Assembly: GCF_026571515.1 (NCBI RefSeq)
Contig: NW_026854123.1
Location: 186,001-250,000, forward strand
Length of the DNA: 64,000 nt
Source: Ruditapes philippinarum
Taxonomy: Eukaryota
Direction: 5' to 3'
Shown: in pieces, positions 55,101 through 64,000 of the stretch
Numbering within the stretch: position 1 is the stretch's first letter
Layout: every line of letters starts with the position of its first letter
Position numbers and translations under genes: made by a program
Notes under the pieces: generated by a model
What the model was told of the DNA's origin: nothing
The model's input: the letters and a program-made list of their open reading frames with translations, nothing else
The model's database searches: none

Positions 55101-55929
55101 CTTTTTGTGCAATCGTTCAATAACTGTTTATATTCTGCCATTGTTTACTGGTTGTTACTATGCATACGGTGTCACAGTGAAAATATCTTTCGTTATGTTT
55201 TCAAAATAATTTTTATACGTATAATTTTTTACTTTCTTGTACATTAAGCATAACTATTTAACGAAAGAAAACTAAAATGATATAAAGTATTCTATTTTAA
55301 AATTAAAAGTGAAAAAAATATATCCGACTATATTCGACCGAATTTACTTGTGGTGGCAGTGGTTACTGTACAGATCAGGGGAAGTAACCGCTGCGAGGAG
55401 TTTGATTTCACTCTATTTGATCTTTGACCTTGTGACCCCAAAATCAATAGGGGTCATATACCCAATATGGACAATCATCCTATGAAGTTTGAATTGGAAC
55501 TTAAGTTATGTTCCGGAAACCAAATTGCTAACAGACAGACGGACGGACGCTAGGGGGTAAAACATAATATGCCCGAAATTGTTTGGGGCATATAAAAACA
55601 TTTTTAACTTATAGTTAACTTATAGTATATTTTAAAAAGGGTGTCATAATTTATAAAACATTTTTGGTTTAGAAGGTTTTTGCTATCAATCTTATCTGGT
55701 CATACTTTTTCATCTCGGGTCCAATACTCGTGTCTGTGGTCCTCACCGGCCTGTGCCATATACAAAAATATCAGATAAACAGATACAGTAAAGGGAAAGA
55801 TAATGCATGTTATAATGTGAACTTACATTTTGCAATGAGATCTTCAAAACTAGTCACAATCACCCCTTTTCTTACATTTCTTGTTACATTGAAAAGTTTC
55901 AACGGAAGTTTCTGTTTTTCGTTTTCCAT
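46175..55929 (-). CDS. Multi-exon gene: CIDE-N domain fused to a transposon-associated accessory domain (>=239 aa)
   Basis: Exons 55929-55827, 51784-51629, 50130-50074, 48548-48487 and 46513-46175 all have GT-AG boundaries and compatible phases (1,1,1,0). Product: MENEKQKLPLKLFNVTRNVRKGVIVTSFEDLIAKCRQKLNIRPETEIKLMLNSDGVEVEADYFDSLEPNTTLMVLCGEERW (CIDE-N), then a linker, then RFRTSIGWMHFSAKEKRYKQVR...AADFFFPDGRSRKG...LRIYLYSK. Possible ATG-only upstream exon at 56445-56443. The 3' end is uncertain (candidate last exon 46024-45971, or read-through to the stop at 46136). Confidence 0.85.
46800..47830. repeat. Degenerate HINE/satellite-like tandem repeats (intronic)
   Basis: Recurrent gatcaaaacagtaacctc.agagtgtta and aagttcaaggaggatataattctg units. 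Confidence 0.5.
47908..48012. repeat. (AAAGTAGGA)-type short tandem repeat, possibly a MITE subterminal array
   Basis: About seven aaagtagga-like units ending at gacagcctg. Confidence 0.6.
48612..48955. mobile_element. Foldback element (possibly Crypton-like), intronic
   Basis: Long hairpin gtgtaagttcattactgaatttattgcac...ctcgccagaggctcg...gtgcaataaattcagtattgaacttacac (48800-48955). Inverted pair ttatcacacaccc / gggtatgtgataa. Confidence 0.6.
50280..50475 (+). mobile_element. Degenerate tRNA-derived SINE
   Basis: A-box-like aagtgg and B-box-like ggttcaaac, then caagaaacttt...agtactgcttggtaccagga and tail aattagtataaactaaa. Confidence 0.5.
50585..50765 (-). mobile_element. Truncated SINE
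   Basis: (ttgt)n tail, then ttccagctttactggtggaggaagacctcaggtgccc...gggcacctgag (hairpin). Related to 13590-13735. Confidence 0.55.
53382..54714. mobile_element. Non-autonomous TIR element, P-element-like
   Basis: TIRs cataggaactc...attgcggcgcata / tatgcgccgcaat...gagttcctatg. Perfect 8-bp TSD TTGAATAC at 53374-53381 and 54715-54722. Confidence 0.8.
54879..55404. mobile_element. MITE with 9-bp TSD (Mutator-like)
   Basis: TIRs caaactcctcacagcggttac / gtaaccgctgcgaggagtttg. TSD ATTTCACTC at 54870-54878 and 55405-55413. Inner inverted pair taaccactgccaccac / gtggtggcagtggtta. Confidence 0.8.
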
Positions 55930-56489
55930 GCCGGCACACTGAAACTGAAATAAAAAATGGAGTAACGGAATATAAGGGAAGTAACTGTACATATTACAAA
56001 CTTCATTCTCATCTTTCCATATACTGTACTGTATAGCCGATTTGGTTCATTCAAAAAATTATTTATTTATTTAGATCTATTTATTACTTTTTTATTTATG
56101 AATTTATACGTAAAAGGGTCGAAAGAGAAAAGATTGATAAATTTGGATCTTTCAAACAGAACATTACTTCCAGGTATTCCAAATGAAAAGCAATTTATTC
56201 GCATCAACAGAAATTCAGAGTTCCTTGGATCGTGGACCCTTCGGGATTTCTAAAGCCTTGCAACAGAATGTCTACAGTTTTATCAGCAAATGATAGTACC
56301 AAATGCATGGATATGTGAAAAAAATTGACCGACTGACATGATGCATATTTCTATCAAAATGATTCCCTATTCAGAAAATAAGCCTAATTATGAAAGCATA
56401 TCATGCATTTGTAAACAGTTTAGCAAAAACAGGAGAACTTACCATTTTTTCTTCTCGAATGGCCTCGTGTCCAAAAATGACGATCTCGA

Positions 56490-56893
56490 CAAAAATATAA
56501 CGAAAAGCGGAATATACTTTAGGCATTGCGCAAACATTTTTTCATCAAACGATATGTATGAGGGTAATGCATCAAAAGTTTTTGCGAGAAGGTGTAATGT
56601 ATAAGTTATTGCGTCAATTTTTTTTGAGAAAGTGAAATGTAGCATGTATTGCGTCTACATTTTTTTCGAAAAAACACATTTTTTTAATTTCTCGCAAAAA
56701 ATTTACTCGTAATGTGCAATGTTTCTGTTTTTGCAAGAAAACATTTGGCCAATTAACTCAAATCTTCTGGTTTATTCGAATTATTTTTTGCGAAAACACT
56801 AAAAATATCATGCCTTTGCACCTTAATTCTTTCGACTTGCGTAAATCTTCTCATAAAAGATCGCGTAAGAGGTGACCCTTTGAAGCTTCCGTA
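56490..56893 (-). repeat. Right TIR of the large transposon
   Basis: Reverse complement of 36737-37142; ends gaagcttccgta. Confidence 0.95.
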
Positions 56894-58900
56894 ACTGATT
56901 ACTTGTGTCATCATAAAAACGAATAAGATATACATGAAATAAGCAGACATTTCTAAGGCGCAATTTAAGCAGAATAACAGAAAGCGAAAAACGTCTTAAA
57001 TTTTAACTTATTTGTCATTGCTAACACATTCTTTTCTAAAGAACTTATGCATGGAATTCCAGCTTTTGTTTATTTCATATGGCTGCACTGACACAGTTTA
57101 ATAAAGGATACTTTAGATATTAATTACGTATGACATGTTTAAGCAATCTTTATTAAAGTTTGTGTGCTATGCGAGATAAACGAGAATAAAAATTAAAACA
57201 TGAACTATTAATGGAAACCATTATCAGCATGAAATTGCTTTACATATTCGTTCATTTGTTGATAACAATGTATTGTCAGTGCATTAACATTCTTGTTATA
57301 CGTAATACACATCTAAGGAATCATCTATAAAACTGTCGTGCCATTTTATTTCTATTTTATGAACGCTACGGTTAAGCTTGTTCGCATATCTTTCTTAACA
57401 ATCGTTTTATTTATCCTTTGATCTTTTTCATGGATCGCACGTCTTTCTCGCTATATGCTTTAGCATTTGATACACGTATTAAGCCAGCATCAGTGTGCTT
57501 TTTTTAATCGAAATAGGATGTTGCGCTGCTAATTTTGAAGGAGTCATTTGAAATTAAAATACTACTAAATTTTAAGATTACAAAATGTCAGGAATAACAC
57601 AAGAATACTCGTAGTGATAACGAACACAATTATTTTATTGAATTCACTCTTTATCTAGTATTTCTACAATTATGTTGCATATTTTGTGCTTAATAAAAAA
57701 ATAAGAAAACAATGTGTTAATCGTTTCATTTAATTCCTAGATGTAGATAAACTATACGCGTATATATCAAAATCTGGAAAAAAAGTGATCCAACTTGTTT
57801 TTTATTGTGGCAAATAATTCGTATTAATTTCCTGAAAATTGTTTTATTATCCTATTTGTGTCATGTAGGAAAGTTTGGTTGAGTCTTTATAATTGTGTTG
57901 CTGATAATTCTTTGGTTATTAAACCTTAAATTTTAATTCACATGTACGAACACATCTGTGGATGTTTCTAAATTCAAACTATTACCTTTTTTATGTTTTA
58001 ATGTTGAATTTTCCTTATGAGGTAAATAAAGGCAGGATGCGACACTTTGGAAACGTTCGAGTAGTGTCGTGAATTTCCTTTTAATTTTATTTTATAATCC
58101 AAGACATTGGAAAAAAGAACACATTTCTTTTTTGAATATTAATTTATTTTATAGCACAACAAGTTTTAATCCATTTAAACTATTTTATATAATAATCACA
58201 AATATAATCCAATTATTTTATTCAACAACCTTTATTAACAAAACAGCCTTACTAATGTTATTTCACCCACATTTTCCTTATAAAAAGTCCCTATATATAT
58301 ATAGCAAAACATTCCCGCCTTTACGATTCAGCATGGTAAGAAAAACATGAAAACATTAATATCTCGTGCACAATAATACACCGTCGGGGAACTAAAACAA
58401 TAGAACTTTAAAGGCATGGTGATATATGATGTAACTTTACTAAGAAAATGGTTCTTGATAAAAAATAGTAGTATATTAAGATACATGTATATCGCAATAT
58501 CTGCGACAAGAAGCTTCTTGAAAATTGGCATGTGAAAAGTTGACCATATATCAAATTGTATTTCGTTGATTTTATTCCCATAGTGTTAGCTATTTTGATT
58601 ACACATGACGTCAAAATGGTCCACCGAAGCCCGTTTTAGATTTTGACATCGTTGCGTATCATTGGCAACTTTTACGGGTATCACAACGCCATACGTGGAC
58701 AAATATCATACATTCTACAGTATTTGTCGGAAATTATTTCTTGAAGAGGCTCAATCAAACCAAACCTGCAAATATTTTCTATTTGGACGTTTTGGGCTTT
58801 CTTTATGGATTTTGTTTTTTTACCCTTTTTAGGGTACTACCACTTTAATGGGCACTATACATGTAAGGAACTGAAAAATTGTCAACTTACGTCAGATATT

Positions 58901-59715
58901 CGAGGGGTTATCCAAAAATTTGTGGACTTTTTAAATATCTCTTGCAAGTCAACGTGTATTGTAATGAAATTTTATCAGCATACCTTGTAGAATATTAACA
59001 ACATTTTTTGAAAGGAACAGTTAACTTCGTCGATAGATAATGATTTTATATTCTTTTATATAAGCACGCGCACAGTAGAAAAGCGCTTTTAGTCATCGTA
59101 TATTGTTTGCTAAAAACTACTTATTCACGTAGAAAATCCGATAAACATCGCATGTTTCTTCTATGATGTCATTTAAGTAATTCTTTAAAACAATGGACGT
59201 CATTTCCGTTATTTTTGTTGAAATCACTAGAAACGCAAGGCGACGATATTGTTTACAACTGGAAAATGTCGGTCACGCAGAAAATTAGAAAATAGCGCGA
59301 TCATAACATTTTGTTGTAATTTGGAATGACACCTAAAAAACATTTTAATGAAAAATTAAACAGCAGGCGAACAGAGAAAAATAAGTTTCACTATCAATTT
59401 TGTGTAAGTGGCATAAAAAATTAATGGTGGACATTACTTTGAGAAGCAGTAACGGTTATTAACTGCGTAACGTTGAATCACAAGTTGCACGTTATATATT
59501 ATGACGTTGACGTCAATAACGTTTTGGAGTGCGCCGCTGTCACCGACATGTGTTTATGAATATTTAAATATTGTTGTAATATCAGGAGCTACTAACATGA
59601 ATTTTTCTGTGTATATTTGTTATTTATTCTTCTAAGTAGTGTAAGATTTTCAAACCAATATCTCAAATTTATTTTAATCAGCAAAAAAGTCCACGAATTT
59701 TTTGATAACCCCTCG
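58901..59715 (+). mobile_element. Internally deleted Tc1/mariner (mariner-like) element
   Basis: TIRs cgaggggttatccaaaaatttgtggactttt / aaaagtccacgaattttttgataacccctcg, followed by TA on the right. Decayed mariner N-terminal coding remnants near 59265-59425 (KLENSAIITFCCNL..., KWHKK). Confidence 0.75.
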
Positions 59716-60245
59716 TATATATGTATGTAAAATTATAACAATATTTACCGTACGGTTTACGCGTTATGAACACTTTGCTTAAATTAAGATTGGGTATTAA
59801 AGATAGAGATTAGATCTTTTACAGAAAATCTAAATAATTTATAATATCACCCTTATAAAAATAATTTCCTACTGCCTGTTTAGAAGAAACAAATAGAACA
59901 TTCAGCTATCCAATCACAAAAGCAAAATTATTTTTTTCTACTCAAAATGTTTGAAGTATGTATAAAAATGTGACAATACCCCATCCATTTTTAACACTTG
60001 TTAGACCATTTTCCTGCTCAGCCTCATTAAAATATCTCTAAAGTTTACCAAAATGTTGGGTTGTTTTCAAAGTTTGCCCATTTTTTTCAAAATGATATTG
60101 GTTGAGCTTGTAAATATTAAATACTTTTACCATGTAGCCATTACATGTAAAAACTTATTATATATAATAGTGATATTTTTTTTTTCATTTTAAATCGAGA
60201 TCTAAGAGATACCTAAGTACAGTTAAAAAAGAGAGCAAAAGTTGA

Positions 60246-61332
60246 CCCTTTTGTCGTTAGAACACACAATACTTTTAAAAGTGAGGTAATGCATCAGGGT
60301 GGTAATATCTAATTTCCATGTCTACATGAACTTCAAATGTTGGTATGCTCGAATGTCGACAAGACACATACAATGTCTTGACGGTGGGAATTAAGATGAC
60401 GTTAACGTATATATAAACGTCACTACCGTTTACCATAATCATTGAGATAATACAAATATGAAAACGAGACATAATGCGAATCTTACATAGCTGTATAATC
60501 TACTTTTTATTAGTTCCCAATGTAACTATGTGCAGTTAAAACTTGGCAACTTTTGATGAATTGGTGATTTGACTGCTTCTCTGTTATTTCGACAATTGTG
60601 TACATAATGAGCGAATGAATATGCGCACGTGCAAAAAGACACTTTTAAGATTCCCACCATAGAAACAACTCATAAAAATCCACTAACATTAACATTTAAA
60701 ACAACTTGTTATTTTTTGTTTTTATCTGTACACTTGGCCCTTTTGTCGTTAGAACACACGCCCTTCAGTCCCAGTGTAGTTGACTTTACAGTAATTATGG
60801 CCAATTTAAATACTTTTAAAAGTGAGGTAATGCATCAGGGTGGTAATATCTAATTTCCATGTCTACATGAACTTCAATATAGAAACGAGACATAATGCGA
60901 ATCTTACATAGCTGTATAATCTATTTTTTATTAGTTCCCAATGTAACTATATGCAGTTAAAACTTGGCAACTTTTGATGAATTGGTGATTTGACTGCTTC
61001 TCTGTTATTTCGACAATTGTGTACATAATGAGCGAATGAATATGCGCACGTGCAAAAAAGACACTTTTAAGATTCCCACCATAGAAACAACTCATAAAAA
61101 TCCACTAACATTAACATTTAAAACAACTTGTTATTTTTTGTTTTTATCTGTACACTTTGGTGATTTGACTGCTTCTCTGTTATTTCGACAATTGTGTACA
61201 TAATGAGCGAATGAATATGCGCACGTGCAAAAATACACTTTTAAGATTCCCACCATAGAAACAACTCATAAAAATCAACTAACATTAACATTTAAAACAA
61301 CTTTTTATTTTTTGTTTTTATCTGTACACTTG
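60246..61332 (+). repeat. Recent local tandem duplication (2 units plus a partial third)
   Basis: 60246-60737, 60738-61157 and 61157-61332 are nearly identical where they overlap; units 1 and 2 each carry a private block. Confidence 0.9.
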
Positions 61333-63913
61333 GCTGTGACAAAAGATTAAACGTCATTTATCAACCTAAAGCAGTTTGCTTCAGACAGACGTTGAAGAGG
61401 GAAATTTAAAAACAATCAATGCGATTGTGCTTGACATTTACGTCTCGCGATAGATTGTAACTGTAAAAATACCCTGAAGAAACGAACGAAGAACTTGTTA
61501 ATTATTCAGGGGATATTTCCTCCAATCCGGAGGTATCGTGTTAATATGAAACTTTAAAGGACTAGACAATATCACACATGAACACATGTACAATAATTAT
61601 CTCAGAATATTGTTTTCTCCCAACAAGTTAAAACAATAGTATAATCTATTCAGAGTTTCGTAAAAGTGTTTATCCGAGACGGCCGCCATTTTTAAACGTT
61701 GTGTATTTCACAGGAGGAAAATAATTGTGTTTGATTCAGAGGAAATTATTTGGATTTGTTAGTCATACACCTTTTTAAAAGAAAGAAAACTTATTTGAGG
61801 ATTGTAACAGACAATAAATAAGTGTTGACAGATGTGTAAACATTCAAAAGACGCCTAGGAAATTGGTGGATTTGTTGAAAGGATGCTTACGAACGAACGC
61901 TGGGTTGTTTACTTATTCTTTGGGCTGATGGCTGTCATTGCTGTTCAGGTTTTCATAAAGCATACGGCAGTTATTGCTCGCAGGATACTTTAATATGCCC
62001 AAATGTCATCAAGAACAGTTTTGCATGTGGGAGAAATGTATTTTTCAGACTGTAAAAATGAAACTAAATAATTAAGAGACGATATTTGTTGATTGGTAAT
62101 TTGGATGAATAGAAGTAGGTTTTCTTCTTTTTATTACTTTTTACATTTAAGTTATTTATCAATGTCAGTTTTGCTTTTCTCTAAACAGCCAGACATTGTC
62201 AAAATTGTCAGCAAAAATGAAATTGAGGTACCACATGGGGAGATTCTTCAAAAAGTAGTTTCGTCATTGAAAAGTGTGAAATTATATTTTGATAATTTTC
62301 ACTGTGAAATTATCAAATATAATTTTCACGGATAAATCAGTAATTCACTGAAAAGCATAAAATAATAATGATTATTTTAATTTTATTTTTATTTTTTGCA
62401 ATAAAATGCTTTAGAAAGGTTTGTAATATGATAACTCTACAATATTGCGAAACGCCGTAGACAAAGGTGTGCCTGACGACTTGTTATTAGTCAAGGCAAT
62501 ATTTCATGCTTTAGTTCAATAAATTGATTCAATCTCGTATTCAAACAAACAAAGCAAAACAAAACCACCACCACCAACAACAACTACAAAAAAGAAAGAA
62601 AAGCAACAAACACTTCAATTTGTTCTTATGTATTCATTGATGACGTTTATAAAATATGAACTATAAAATTGATAGAACATGAGAAACATAATGATTGTCA
62701 ATCGCTAAACTTGTGAACCAATATATATATATACGTTATATTAAAAAGAATGTTGCCATGGTAGTATATTAAGGGTCGTTTTTATATAACAATTCTATTT
62801 CAAATGACTTAAGCATGCGTGACCTCTCTAATTAAGATCTAAGACTTAAGTCTATAAAAGTATATTTACCATTGATATTTATAACTGATAGAAGGAAAGG
62901 AATAGGTAATTAACATTTCTTATCGCCATATGTCTCCCTTCACCTCTTTGATCGCTTTTGATTTAAAAGATACTTATGTATTTTTATTCCTTTATTTAGG
63001 TTATATAAACATATTGATGCAATTTTTTGTCGCCTGAACGAAATGATTCATTTTATTGATGTAGAAATTGTTCCTGTATTATGGTGATTTACTTTATGCA
63101 ATTCTTGATAAGAATTGTTGAATTATTTGTATTATATAAACTTATTATTTTCTATTATAAAGTCTTCGTTTTGCGGTGAAAAATAGAAACATTGTCAAAA
63201 AAAGGAATTACGAAATGAAGTATTGCTACAGTTAAAGCTAAATGGAAAGTATGTAGAAACATGTTTGAAATTTGAAGCTAAAACGTTAAAAAAAAATAAA
63301 AAAAATAAATAAATGAATAAACAAATAAAGAAAAACAATAACAAAACATACTAATGTAATAATACAATTAACGTTGCCCTTGTGAAGTTTCATCTTATAT
63401 AAAAAAAATATATTTTACGCTGTATATTTGCATGTTTTTGGACTTTGCCTGTAATGTTTTCATTACCTAACAGGTCATTTATAAAAATAGTACCGAGTTG
63501 ATTCAAAGCAAAGTCTGGATGAACAAATATTTCAGTTAATGCGTTTGTTATAAAGGACATTAATTATTTACTTTGAATTTGTGTATCGAACTATATTCAT
63601 TAATGTTATTCATTGCCATGCTTAATGTAATATCTATATACTCACAACGAATAATTACAAACTTATATATTTTATCTAGATAAATATATAGCTGAATACT
63701 TCATCGCAGAAACCCGGATATTAATCAAATGATAAACACATGTTTTAATTAGTGTCATAATTATCATGGGAACATATATATATAACGCTTTCACTGCTAT
63801 TCGAACATTGTTTAATTCACGTGAACGCTCAATATAATAATATTTGAAACAAACAACACAGATATGTTTCACTAAGATGAAAATAAATAAAAAATGTCTA
63901 TGTACATTTTTTA

Positions 63914-64000
63914 CTATTATGATACTTGTCTCATGTAAAGTATGTAAATTCTGAAATCGTTCTTACAACATTTAGTTAGCAATATTACATATTAAACAGT
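63914..64000 (+). repeat. High-identity paralog of the window start, lacking the MITE
   Basis: ctattatgatacttgtctcatgtaaagtatgtaaattctgaaatc matches positions 1-8 joined to 1115-1193. Confidence 0.9.

Larger units (their letters stand above)
52600..55597. mobile_element. HINE-type element with ~148-bp repeats, split by nested insertions
   Basis: Units gacctttgaccttgtgaccccaaaatcaataggggtc...caatatggacaatcatcctatgaagttt occupy 52620-53335 and resume at 55415. They end with (acag/acgg)n and hairpin atatgcccgaaattgtttggggcatataaaa. Confidence 0.7.
36737..56893. mobile_element. Large (20,157 bp) two-gene DNA transposon, IS3EU-like
   Basis: ~405-bp TIRs with TACGG...CCGTA termini. TSD ACTGAA (36731-36736) / ACTGAT (56894-56899). 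Encloses a DDE transposase (+) and a convergent CIDE-N fusion gene (-). Confidence 0.88.

Noticed and set aside
46175-55929. Calling the minus-strand gene DFFA, DFFB or CIDE
   Set aside because: Only the CIDE-N domain matches. No DFF-C, CAD nuclease or CIDE-C region is visible, and the gene lies inside TIRs.

Overview
This is AT-rich, repeat-dense eukaryotic DNA. The SINE-like and Helentron/HINE-like repeats suggest a bivalve mollusc; that is an inference from repeat families. The main object is a ~20.2-kb DNA transposon (36737-56893). It has ~405-bp terminal inverted repeats (TIRs) reading TACGG...CCGTA and a 6-bp target-site duplication (TSD), ACTGAA/ACTGAT, which fits the IS3EU superfamily. 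It carries two convergent, intron-containing genes, each apparently starting just inside a TIR. On + is an intact DDE integrase-core transposase with a probable signal-peptide-like first exon. On - is a multi-exon gene, invisible to the ORF track, that fuses a CIDE-N domain (CAD/ICAD/CIDE apoptosis family) to a transposon-associated domain. Two non-autonomous MITEs share the TACGG start and 6-bp TSD (9-1108, 30096-30426), and the empty site of the first is visible in a paralogous copy at the window end. The rest is nested elements (P-like, Mutator-like, mariner-derived, HINE, SINE, LINE, foldback), microsatellites, and local tandem, inverted and segmental duplications. I recognised no ordinary host protein-coding gene outside the transposon. 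Family names rest on motif recognition only, with no database search.
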